From Selaginella moellendorffii (Eukaryota > Plantae > Lycopodiophyta): a DNA stretch of 64,000 nt. The position numbers and the translations under genes are program-made. Below, piece after piece: positions 48,341 to 60,959 of the stretch. The stretch is taken from NCBI RefSeq assembly GCF_000143415.4, contig NW_003314293.1, forward strand, positions 248,001 to 312,000. Reading direction: 5' to 3'. Under the pieces are notes generated by a model. The model was not told where the DNA came from and did no database searches. It saw only the letters and a list, made by a program, of their open reading frames with translations. Position 1 is the first letter of the stretch, and each line of letters begins with the position of its first letter.

Positions 48341-48402
48341 TTGGGGAGTTGATTTGTTACACTATTATCCTTTCCTTTTAGAAGGATGGAAAACATTTAA
48401 GG

Positions 48403-48564
48403 TGTAAATTCCTGAATTTAGACTTAAGAGGTTACTAAAGACACTTAACCCTAAATATCCCAAACCAATTTAAAAAGGGGTGCACTTTTATTTTATAGGC
48501 TCTTTCCCTTTATATTTAAACCCTTATGGATTATATTTCAAATTGTTCTTTTTGGTTGCTTATA
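48403..48564 (-). mobile_element. Old solo LTR of the Cassandra-type element
   Basis: Collinear with the LTRs above (aaagacacttaaccc.aaatatccc, ggggtgcact, ttggttgcttata); flanked by taagg/caagg; 5S C-box region largely deleted. Confidence 0.8.
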
Positions 48565-48599
48565 CAAGGTTCTGGACGGGCTAGGATTTGGAGGAACAT

Positions 48600-51450
48600 T
48601 AGGAGGAAGCATTAATAGATTTGTAAGTGGTGTTAGTTGTTCCTAATCCCTTTGTACAAAGTGTTTTAATTGCTGCACATGCACAATTTTTAGAGAATTA
48701 GTTTGTTAGATATCATGCAAAACCTTATAAACTTGCGATCCAATTTGCTGCAGCATATAAACCGATCCCTTCCATTAAGCAAGGAGCCTTTTAGACAAAT
48801 AACATATCACAAGATTAGAAAAACAAATTAATATTAAATCATCCACTTTGTGCTATGTAGGTGGACAATGATAGAAGTTATAACACTATTGTTATCCTAT
48901 TTGTATGTAGCCCAAGTGTTTAGTAGACTCTACTCGGACAAATGGAGAATTTTATATGGTGAAGCACTAATAAAAATTTATACCCTATGATATATGTAGT
49001 CATTCTTCCCCATTCTTTATTTTGGGGAGGTCTTCTTGCAACGATTGCGGAGAATGATGACTCTAGATTGGTTGAATTTGCATCAGGCTACCTATCTCAA
49101 ACATCCCGGTTGACCAGTATTACTATTCCAATATAAATATCACTGTGCCAGGCTCCATAACGGCAAAGATAGTCCTCTCCAGAAATAAGGCTTGAAAACA
49201 TAATTCAACAATCATTTGTTGCGAAGCTCACTCACACTTCGGTTGCCTTTTTTGGATTGCAAGAGAACCAGACATTCCCAAGAATGCTTGTTAAATATTG
49301 ATCCTAAGACTTAGCATCAGTAGCTCGTGGTAATCATGAAGGTAAACTCAACTCTATTAGCAATATCAAATCATAACTATATCATACCAAAGATATAACA
49401 AATAACCATCCCAATTCGAATGCTAAAAGTTTATATACTTTTTGCAACCATCCCTTGAAAGTCCAAATAAGCATTCCACCAACCCATTTGTTTATGAATG
49501 ATAAGCACTCGTGACAGTGTGATGTATTCCCAACCAAAACATTAAAAATATAAAATGCTTCAACTATAAATATGGGACCATTATCTGAGAAAATCTACTT
49601 TAAACAGGAAAAATAGTTAGAGACAATAATGACATACTCATTGCAAAAATCAACCATAGAAGGCCCTATCAAATAAAATGCCACTAACTTAAATAGATAG
49701 AAAATTGCAATTGACTCCAACTATCCTTCTACAACACAAGGAGGAGTATTATGAGCTTGGCATCAAACACAATTATGCACATATTAGATAACATCACGTT
49801 GCATCTCCGGCCAATAGAAAGATTTATGTAACTTCTCAGTTATACACTAATGTTTTATATACCCGCCTAGAAGAAGAGAGTCATGATAAGCATAAAGAAA
49901 GTACGGAATAAATATCTAAGGTACCACTAGACATAAATGACTATCAAGATCAATCCTAACAAAATGAAGAAAGTCATCCTCATGACAATATTGAGAATGT
50001 AAATGCCAAAATAGCAAGTCATCAGCAAGTGATGTAAGCCTTTGGATTCATGGCCCAGCCTTTTAAGCCTCACAAATCTCATTAAGAGAAGGTAAATTTT
50101 GCTCTTCACCTTGTGGATACTAAACATTAAGTATAGCAATTGCCAACAGCATGGAATCCTCATTTGGAACATCCACAAGTTCTAGAACAACAAGTTTGCT
50201 AAGAATAAAAAAAAAGAGCGAAGAAGGGAGAGGAGCTTGAAAAAGAGTATTAGCATTAGCCATAAAACTCTCTAAAAGATGAATAATTAATATTTATAGC
50301 CCACTAAGCAATACAACCAACTAATTTCTTCCACTTTAATAACAAAGTAACTATAGTATAATCACTTTCTAGCAATGTTTAAGAACTATACAAATACATA
50401 TGAAACTTATCAAAAACTCTAAATTGTTGCTAAACACTTTTTCTTTGTTGTAGAGTAGTTTACCTTTGTTAGTTGTAATATATACCTAATGTTCGTAATG
50501 GGATGACACTGACCAGGCATATTCGTACTCTCTTGCATAAAGACATCCCTAAAATCGATATCCAAAGCATCCATATGCAAAATAAAAGATTAAGTATAGT
50601 GAAAATATGCCAAAACTAGAAGAATTGTCAATAACTCTTTAAGATCCATAAATTCTTGTTTATAGTCCTCAAACCAAAAAGATGATCAATAAAATGATCG
50701 AGACATTGCATGTTGCTAAAAAAGTATTGCACATTATTCATATACTTCAGAGTAAGAAACTTTAGAATAGCTATAAGTTTGTTAAGATCATAAGAAATAT
50801 AATACTCAAGATAAGTCATGTCCTTAAACCCAAATACACACTTCAACTGCTTCAACTTCAAACCAACTTCTTGCAACTGATTCAACATTTTTTAAACATC
50901 ACAGATTATATCCCCTTTGAGTGAATCAAGATATTATCAATGAAGTTAGCAGTCATTTCTGGCATATTGCAAAGAACCTCATCTATTATTTGCTGGAAAG
51001 TTGCTAAAGCATTGTTTAAAACGAACAACATCACCAAGAATTTGTACAAACCAAATGGTGTACAAAAACTAGTCCTTAGAACATTCTTAGCCATCAACAC
51101 TTATCAGTAGTGTGAGGAAGAGGATATAGATATAAGATAGTCACTTTGTTTAATGGTCAATAATTGATGTATAAGTAAATACTCTTATCAAGCTTTGTGA
51201 CAAGATGAAGTTCATACACCCAAAGACTCCATGCCTTTCGGATAACACCTTTCTCCAACATTTTCTTGATATTTACACATAAAATCTTAATTTTTTTTTA
51301 TGACGAATGACGAATAGAAATATTGATTAGACAAGCATCCCTAGTTAGAATATAATGATATGTTGCAATCTTTGCTCTAAACAACAGGTCAAATTCAAAT
51401 AAATTAGTACATTTCTTCATAAATTGGTCAACCATTGTGACTCAAAGACC
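48600..51450 (-). mobile_element. Decayed Ty3/gypsy pol (RT followed by probable RNase H and integrase)
   Basis: RTSFCTPFGLYKFLVMLFVLNNALATFQ, FIDNILIHS and LQEVGLKLKQLKCVF RT motifs; many stops downstream. Confidence 0.85.
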
Positions 51451-52949
51451 ATTAGATGGATTTGAAAAGCCAATAGAAGAGCAAGATGGAAACATAATAA
51501 TAGAGAGACAAAAGTGATGGAAGCAAAAGTAGAAGCAAATAAATGAAGAAAAATATAAGTGAAAGGAATGGAAAAAATATGTGACAAGGGGGGAAAGCTT
51601 TAAAGTCATATTTCACATAATTATGCTATAACTAATTTATACTAAAGATGAGGTCAAAAGTTTGGCTCAACATCATCTGCAACAACTGAAGCTCAAATTT
51701 GAGATTGCTCACATAGACAATTAATTTTACCTCATCTCGTACACATGCATATGCATAACTGTTAGCATAAAGAATGAAAACTAGCTTTCTCACACAATGC
51801 AGATATCAATAACGTGTGGCAATAGGCTGAGTAATAAAAGATAAACTCAAGCCTATATCAACCAATATAGAGAGAATAATAAAAGACCTTTTGTTATAAA
51901 AATAAGCTTGAAAAGTAAACACTAAATGAATTAGTGCTAAATGAACCCCTTGATGATATTTCTAAAAGAAGAATAAAGAGTCATTAATTTATTCATGCAA
52001 TGACCATCCACTACTCATGCAACTCCTCATTTCCTGGAAGAATCTCAGTGTCTAGACCTTTCATTACAACAACACTAATAAGATATTATTAACGCTAAGG
52101 CCTCCATCCAAGAATGGAGGATGCCAATTCGAAAAACATCAACAATGCCAATATGTATAGCTAACCTCATCATATGCCTAGTAGATATCATAGCCACGAC
52201 TTTGTTCTCACCTTTATCCTTGAATATGAGCAACAATAATATCAACCTCTATTAGAACATGACCATTTCCCATAAAAAAATTTAGTCTATGATATTCTTA
52301 TGGTTTTAATCACTATCTGAAGCATCTGTCCAAGTAAGATCAAGATTGCAATTGCTAATTAACTTTGAAAATGACTCTAAGAGAAAACATTATGAAGTAA
52401 TCCAAACTTTTTCCTTGTTACATCACTCATATATTGTTCTTCAAACCCCTCTCTACTCACTCAACTCTTTTTTACTTCTGTACTTCTTTCTCATTTTCCT
52501 CTTTCTTCCCTTTGTAATTTTTACTTGTACTTTTAATGTTCAACAAAATTATCATTCTCATCTAACTCGGTTTTTCCTCTTTTTTGTTCTTTTTATTCGT
52601 GTCTTTCTTCTCAAGCTACACTATTCTTCCTTCAGACTCCTAAGATTTTCTTATCTAAAACTTTTTTGATTTTTTAAATTATTTGTTCTTTTTATCTTTA
52701 TGTGTTTGCCTTATATAACTTTATTTTGCTTTATATTTAGATTAATTTTCTTTATGTATTTTAAGTTTTTATTTCAATTTCTTTTTTCTTGCTTATCACT
52801 TCTACTTGTTTTTGTAGACAAAGATATGTAATATTTTGTAAAATATTATTTGAGATCTAGATAAAGTACCAAACTTTGATATTGTTAACCTTAAACACTT
52901 AAAGCTTTTCTAAGATAAATAATATGCATTTATGTTTTCTATTATTGAT

Positions 52950-53320
52950 TTTCATAAATATATTCATAAAATCTCTTTGCTATTCAAGCATTGCTAGTGA
53001 ACGTTGTTATGTATATAATTGGCATTTAAGAATTACAAATGGTGAGTATTGTCGTGCTTCAATAGATATGTTAAATGAATGACTAGAAATCCATACAGAG
53101 TAACTTATACTCACTACTCTCAATATCTTAATTTTAATTTAGTAATAACATCACCTCAGGATATTGTAGAAACTAGAAGTGATATTATACAAGCTATAAG
53201 ATTTATACAAAGAAATTGTATTAGACGTCAAATAGGGGGTTATGTTCAACTTATAAATTGGTCTCTATATTTATCAGTACAAATAACATCATCTGAATTA
53301 AATTCATTACAAGACTAGAA
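52950..53320 (+). repeat. AT-rich dispersed repeat, second copy at about 57520-57870
   Basis: tagaaactagaagtga.att..acaagctataagatttata...aaattgtatta shared; similarity extends on both sides. Confidence 0.75.
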
Positions 53321-53567
53321 AATCAATAATTGGGATATTTATTAAAGTTATTTATCATTGGACTCGAACAGTTTCAGACATTTTCTTGCAAGATATCAAG
53401 AGACATAATACATGATTAAGGATTATTAGCAATGGATATTGAAGTATTTCAAAACCATAATAAATAAATAGAATATATCTTTTGTATGGTGTTTAAAAAT
53501 ATATTATGTTCAAAACTGATATTCTTTGGAATATACTTAGGAATGCCCTAGATTTGTAGTAGGCGCC

Positions 53568-55824
53568 ATGGTGCTGCGGTGCGCCCTCCTCCAGCTCCAA
53601 TCATCCGCATTTCGGCGCTATGCCACTGTAAGTACCTCACATCGCATCACAGCGCTTTATCCTACGAGATATCGAGCGAGGCAGCAGCATTTCAGCACAG
53701 GCCTGAGCTCCGGCACAAGCGCCGCGGGTGGATTTCCTTCTCCTTCCCCGGTCTCGGACGAGCACTCCCTGAGTGTGGCTAGTATGACGATCGCTTTCGA
53801 CAGGGCGCTGCTGGAGCGGCGAACGGAGGATGCTGTGTTTGCGGTAGATGGGCTTAGAAGGAAAGGCTCGTTTCCAAGCCGGGATAGTCTCAGCACTCTG
53901 ATATCGCAGCTAGCCTACAAGCAGACACCGCTCAGTCTTTCCCAGGCTGATAGATTGATCCAAGACTTGGTGGCGTCGCGCAGAGAGGATCTCTTGGATC
54001 AAAATAGCCTCTCGCTTCTAGCGCTCGCCTACGCCGGCGTTGGCATGGCCAACTTCTCTCGGTCGACTTTGCGGCTCATGTTCCAGACCGGGCTCTATCC
54101 TTCGGTGAGAGTCTGGACAGCGGTGGTGAGCAAGATCGCCGAGAGTTTCTCCGAGGCTCCAGCGGCCCTGGAGCTTTTCAAAGAGATTTGCAAGCTCACG
54201 GGTGGGACTGTGGACGCGAGCAGTAGAGAGCCGTGTAAGATGGTGGAGGAGCCGGACCCGGTGGCCAGGATCATCAAGTTGATGGACTTTGCAATGATGC
54301 CGAAAGGCAACGAGGAGCTCTTGGTTTCGATGAGGCCGGACGTCACGTCGTTTAACTCGGCTCTCCGGATCTGTGCGACGCTGGCCGACACGCAGAATGC
54401 CGAGGAGATCTTCCACAGCATGAGCTTGTTTGGTGTGCTTCCAAACAGCGACTCGTTTGAGCTGCTTATCAAGGTTTATGGGAAGGCCAGGCGATTCGAC
54501 TTGTTCCGGAAGGTTCCACAGAGAATGGAGGCTGCCTGCGTCAGGCCCAGTGCGTCGACTCTCAAGGCTCTCGTCGACGCTTATGTGGAGTCGGGCAACA
54601 TAGAGGAGGCCGAGAAGGTTTTGCAAAAGACGGTGCAAGGGAAGAGCAGCTTGTGGAACCTTGTGAAGCTGGAAGGAGACGTCTACAACAGCTTACTCAA
54701 GGCGTATGCGTTAGAAGCGAGGCTGAGCGACGCTGCCAACCTTTTGAGCAGCGTGCCTCTCGAGGACGCAGGGACGGGGCTGGATCAAGCCAGAGTCGTG
54801 GCGAGCATGATAGCGTCGGGAATGCTCAAGGAGATTTGCTCCATTCTTCAGTACATGCTACAGCACAGGATGGAAGTCTCGTTCTCGGCCTACAAGTCGC
54901 TAATGCACGGGTTCTGCGCCAACAATCAGCTGGACAAGGCGGCGAGCTTTATAATCCTGATGAAGAGAGCCGGGATCAAGCCCGACTGTTCCATCTACGG
55001 CCCTCTCATCCAGGGACTCGTGAGGTGCCGAGACAGGCTACTCGCTTATCACACGTTTCTGGAGATGGTCGAGGCGAGAATCGTTCCAGACGAGGCAACT
55101 TACGTCTCCTTGCTGAAGGCCTTGACGGTGGAAGAGCGAGCGAGCAAGATGGTTAGAGTGCTGGAGGCGGTGATGGAGTTCCCGAGCGTCAAGATCAGCC
55201 TCTTCTCGTGGAACTTGGTGATCGAGTACTGCTCGAAGAAGAAGCTGATAGGGGACGCGCAGAGGATGCTGGCTAGGATGGCTCCGGCGGGTGTTCAGCC
55301 GGATAGCTACTCGTACTGGTACGTTGTCAAGGGGCTGATCACGCGGAGCCGGCTGACAGACGTTCTGGGACTTTGGCCACAGATACAGTTTGCATCGAGG
55401 AGAGATCGGCCAAACAGGATAATCCTCCACAAGCAGCTCGTGGAGACGCTCATGTATGCGTTCGTGAAGGGTGCTAACTTCGCCCAAGCGCTGGAGCTTC
55501 TCGAGTATGCCAAAGAGGAGGACATCCCACTGGACAGGGAAGCGTTCAAGGACTTGTTCCTCAAGTACCACTCGCATCGTTTCACCAGCAAGCACAAGTC
55601 TCCGTTGAGAGTTTACGGGCGCCAGCAGCAGCTCCTGGAGATGGAGGAGTTTAAGAAGTGGCTCAGCCTCGGTGCGGTCAAAACTCCTGCTCGCTATGCT
55701 AAGTACGTAATCCATCTTTGTTTCTTTAATTTGTTGTTTGCTTGGTTGCTTATTTCTTTGTTGGACTTTGAGCAGGATTCTGAAATATGGACCATTCAAA
55801 CGCGATGAAGGGCCGTTCTTTTAA
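53568..55824 (+). CDS. HCF152-like P-class PPR protein (probable terminal intron 55703-55775)
   Basis: RPDVTSFNSAL and PPR repeats; C-terminal HSHRFTSKHKS...EEFKKWLSL resembles the HCF152 tail as I recall it; spliced end KILKYGPFKRDEGPFF*. Confidence 0.8.
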
Positions 55825-56134
55825 AATTGTAAATATGTTTCTGGCATCAGAAGTAGGGAGTCTGGCTATTATCTGAGAGGAGGAGGAGGAAGCTCTTTCG
55901 TTTGGTTCATGTAAAGTGAGCAGATTGATAAGTCCTTCAATTTAAAGGATAACTCTGCAAACTTGAAAAATGGAGAATGACACTACTGACAGCACAGGAA
56001 GATTTTGTTCATTACAGAACTTGTCTTGGAGAATATGTTGTACAAGTGAGCATGAGGTTGATGGCATTGATGGCATTCAAGTCCCAGCCACAAATACTTT
56101 AGTCGTCCTCACATGAGCATGACTAAGAGCATGC

Positions 56135-56470
56135 ATGGCTCATACTCTATGTAAAGACTCAATCTATATGGCACAAATGGGTAACAAACTCATTTTTTAT
56201 TCTAACTTTTGTGTTATTATTGATGTTAACACTGGTGCAATCATAACAACAGCTCCAAGAGAAGGTAATCTTTATTACTTGGGGAATGAACAATTTAATC
56301 TTGCCACTGCCAACAAAAACAACACTGAAATATGGCATTTAAGAGTTGGCTATTTAAGTCTTAAGAGTTTAAAAACTTTAGAAGGCATGGTGACAAGCCT
56401 AACTCTTCCTATTTCTTCCACTATCAGCTTGTGAAGCTTGTGTTTTGGGGAAGTAACATGGAAAATCTTT
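56135..56470 (+). mobile_element. Ty1/copia GAG-pre-integrase fragment
   Basis: GNLYYL...IWHLRVGYLS...GMVTSL followed in another frame by CEACVLGK. Confidence 0.85.
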
Positions 56471-58764
56471 TACAGAAGAAGAAGAAGGGTGAGCGGGTGG
56501 TCGGTGGGTCGTCACGAAAAGGGCTCCTGGTGGGTGGCCTCCCCCAAACCCTCTGCTCAATGTCGAGCCACTCTGATGCTGGGATGGACACGACGGGTGC
56601 TGCTCTCGGTCCGGGGCTGTATATGGTGATGGGTGGCAGCAGTGGCAGTGCATGATTGGTTCATATGCTATTAACCCCTTAGAGCTAATTAAAAATCAAT
56701 TCTAGATTTTCTAGAGATTACTTTACAGCTTCATATCCACTTGTTATAGGCAAAAATTCCATGAAAAAACAGTCATGCTTAGTGACAAAGAAAGAAAAGA
56801 TTTGGTGCATGATCACATGGTTGAGTTGTCTTTAGCTCTTTTTTTTAAAGGTGCATTCTTATAAATCATGTAGCCCCTTTTAATTTTGGATTTCCATTTT
56901 TCTACAATCACCATTAGCCATTCTCCTCAAACAATTGCCAAGGCCTTTTCATTAAAAGTGTCACTAGCACTAGCTTATATCCAGACACTACAACACAAGC
57001 ACATTTCTTGAGAAATCCTTGTCTAGATCTTTATATTGGATTTGTGAACTGGTCAGAAGCATCAATCATGGGTAATGCTGATATAACCACAAAATAAATT
57101 AGAACCATCAAAAATAACATTTTTATTAAGATAATTCAAACTTTTTGGGAGAAATAAGTATGCAAGGCTTAATAAGAAAAATGAATATTTTTTAATTTAT
57201 TTTTGTATTATATGTATTTACAGATGTTCTGTATTGTTTTCTAAGTTAAATTTCACTTTCTTTCGTCTTTAAACGTTCTTTATTAATATTTTTCTCTTGT
57301 AATACATATTTTATACACCTTTATTTATTAATTACATTTTTCTTTTATATCTTTATATTTTAATATATAAATAACAAGGCAGTAAGGATTAATAAAGGCT
57401 TAATTTTGTGATTTATTAGCTCAAAATTACAAGCCATTAGTGTTAAATATTATAAAAAATGATTAAAGTTTTTTAAATAATATGTGTTATAATATTATAT
57501 TACTATTTTATGTATATAATTTTATAAAAAAAATTGGTTACTTCAGCCCTGCTATAGAATCTTGTTATATAAATTGTCAATATTCAAGAATTAGTAACAG
57601 TGGATATTGTAATGTTTCAACATGTATGTTAGCTCAATGAACTAAAAATTCATTTAAAAGGTACAGAGAAATCTTAAACTTGCTTTAGTAACATTAACAA
57701 GAGCAACTTGTCATCTTATAGAAACTAGAAGTGACATTGAACAAGCTATAAGATTTATAAAAATAAATTGTATTAAAATAATTTAGAGGGATATGTTAGA
57801 CTCAGAAATCGATCATTAATTTTATCAGTAGAAATAACTCCTTTTCAATTAATTATGCTACAAGATCAAGATTTTAATTTCACATGAATACATTTCTTAT
57901 ATTAATAATTATAAACAATGACACATACTTTTATCTTATATAGGATAGTTTGTGAACTGCTAACCATTAAGTAGATTGATAGTTTTTAAAATCTTACTAT
58001 TAGTTAAATTGATAGTTTGTGAAGTCCCACAATTATGCAAATTGATAGCCTCTCTTTACTATAGTGTAGCATATGTAATGTATAACTTAATTTTTGGTAA
58101 ATAACGACAATTGATCTTTTATGGTGCAAGTGTTACGTATACTGAGGTAAAACCAAAATTATGATTCAATATTTTACAAAATTAAATATGAGTAAAGGTT
58201 TATAATATATATTTTACTAGACTAAGTTTGCATGCACTACCAAATAACTAATGATTCACATGTTTTACCTTTGACCTATTTTTAAATATTTCAATGAAAA
58301 GTGAGTCAGCTAGAATTCCTAATGACAAAAAATGTACAAATTAGAAGTTTGTGAGGCACATCCCATGCAATTAAAATAAATGCAAGTTGTTATTGCCTCA
58401 TTGTTAGAAGTTCTTGCATCTATAAGCAACATTAAATTAGACAAATAGTACTAATTTAATGAGCCTATTTAAATTTTATAATTTAATAATGCTAAACTTA
58501 TGTCATTTGTGCTAATACTAATGTTAGAAATTCTTAACAATAAAATAATTAATGAAAACATTCATTTAAGAGTTTTTGCAGCCTTCCTTCCTTTTCACTG
58601 GGAGGTGGTGGTCCATTCATGGGGCCACCATAAGCATTGCACAAACACCTATAATAGGCATCTCATTGGGCTAATTCATGACATTGATGCACTATTATGC
58701 GTCCACACTCCCATAGGTGTGTAGAAGAAGGGGGATTGGTTTTTTTTTTTAAATATATACATAG

Positions 58765-58928
<164 letters not shown>

Positions 58929-59269
58929 GCTAAATGGGACTACTCTCACTTTCCATTAATAACTCCCAATATAAAAATAATAGCCTCAAAGTTATAAGTT
59001 TAATAAGATATTTCTCTAATAAATTATACCTGCATGCTGAATAAGAAAAGCAGTGAACATCAACAGTTATAAAATAAAAAATATTAACAAGAGAACCATA
59101 ATATTGTGCTTCTCATCTAACAAATTAAATTAACTTTAAATTTATTTATTATCCTGTTTTAATGCTAAATTAAGTAGTATTAATTCATAGATTAATATTT
59201 GACCCCAAGTACATTTATGTATGTAAAACATAAAAATTGGCCTATAAAATTAACTAAAATAAGTTAATG

Positions 59270-60130
59270 TATGTTCAAATGCTTCAATGGCCTTTGCCAC
59301 GGAATTGTCTATGATTTTCTGGATGAAATCAATGTCTTTGCCTTGCTTCTTAAGAACCAATACAAGGCTCTGTCAAGAGCAAGAAAGAAAGAAACAGAAA
59401 ATCACTTCTTGCAAATAAAAAAGTTCTCTGAAGCTTATCTAGAGTGCTCTAAGGGACAGAGGATCCACCTTTATGGCATCTTCAAACTCCTTGAGAGTGT
59501 TGTCCAAATTTCTAATGTACTCGTAAGCATGGCTGTAAATGAATCTAAACTGTAACTGTGACAGATTCATGTTGATGAGCTTGGAAAGGACCTTGATCAC
59601 CACTGGCATGTCCTTATTTAGCTCTAAACTTTAATTTTTATAAATTTCAACCAAAAATTTTAATTAAACCTAATATACTTTAATTCATTAATTTAGTTTA
59701 ATATCTGAGTGGAAATTATATGTTTTAAGTGATCATACTAATAGTCATCTTTGTTCTTCATGCTCAAAGAATAGACAAGTCCTTGTAGAAGCATTACTAG
59801 TATGATTATTTGGGTAGTGGTGAGTTTGATCAAATGGTGATGATGAAGATTGTTTGCTGATGCTCATGCTCTATAGAAGCACTCCATAGAAGTTTGGAGA
59901 AATGCATAGGTCTTTATACATGGTGGTGGTGAAGGATTGCTAGCGGCACTACTCTAGAGGGATCAAGATGGCACCAATAACACTAAAAGATCTACTTACA
60001 TAGGCCATTATGGTTGATATCATTTTAAGTTGAGCATTGCCTCTTTGTCTTTAGACGGGGTAAGCAATAGAACCAAGAACATCCCAAATCTCTTCAGCTG
60101 CTTCATAGTTATTGAGGCCATCAACTTAGA
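59270..60130 (-). pseudogene. Intron-bearing gene relic of unknown family
   Basis: Exon-like blocks (DGLNNYEAAEEIWDVLGSIAYPV; HAYEYIRNLDNTLKEFEDAIK|SLVLVLKKQGKDIDFIQKII) with GT-AG gaps and in-frame stops. Confidence 0.3.
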
Positions 60131-60887
60131 GAATAATAAAACAAACAAAATCTAGCTAAGCCATAAATCCAAGATCCAAGAAAAGGCAGACATCTTTATC
60201 TTTAAGTTCTAGCTTTAATTTTATAATTATAATACAATTTCAAAATAAAGATTCTTCAAATAAATCTACTAAATTGAAAGTCATTCAATTTAAAATTGTC
60301 ATTCAAATTGCAAAGTGGCAAAATTACAAGGGAGCTTAGAATCAAAGAGGACTTTGAGCTACATGCTTTCATGGTAAACTCTATGCTATGAAAGGGGTTT
60401 ATTGCTATTGACCTCAAAAGAATTCTGACATAGGGCAACTATATAGAAGAGTTATATTTTGAAGTATTAATCTGCAATATGCATAGGGATGTAAATGTGG
60501 ATCCCTAATCATTATTGTGGTCCCTATCATTCTTACCACTACCTCTACTAATGCCACAAGGGAGAAAAAATTGATGCTCTTTATAAAAAAAATGTTTTGG
60601 CCATTTTACTCTACAAAAACGGGTGAAATTTTGATATGCCTTTTAAATGTTGGGTAAAAAATTAATTAAATTTATTCCATTGAATTAAAATAAATATTCT
60701 TTCTGAATATTCCTTTATAGGCTAGAATATTTTAGGTTGATTAGAACTCTTGCTACTTCCAAGAGTCTGATCATACTCCTTACTCCTGCTTTCAAGGGAT
60801 AGAATGAATACTCTTTTTCTCAACAAGCTAATTTAGTCAAGAAATGTATAAACCCTATTACAGCAAGAATTATATATACTGCCTACT

Positions 60888-60948
60888 TATTAGTGCTTGT
60901 TACAACAGGAACCATTTGTATTAGTGCTTGTTACAACAGAAACCATTT
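60888..60948. repeat. 31-bp tandem duplication
   Basis: tattagtgcttgttacaacag(g/a)aaccattt occurs twice. Confidence 0.9.
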
Positions 60949-60959
60949 AGAACATACTC

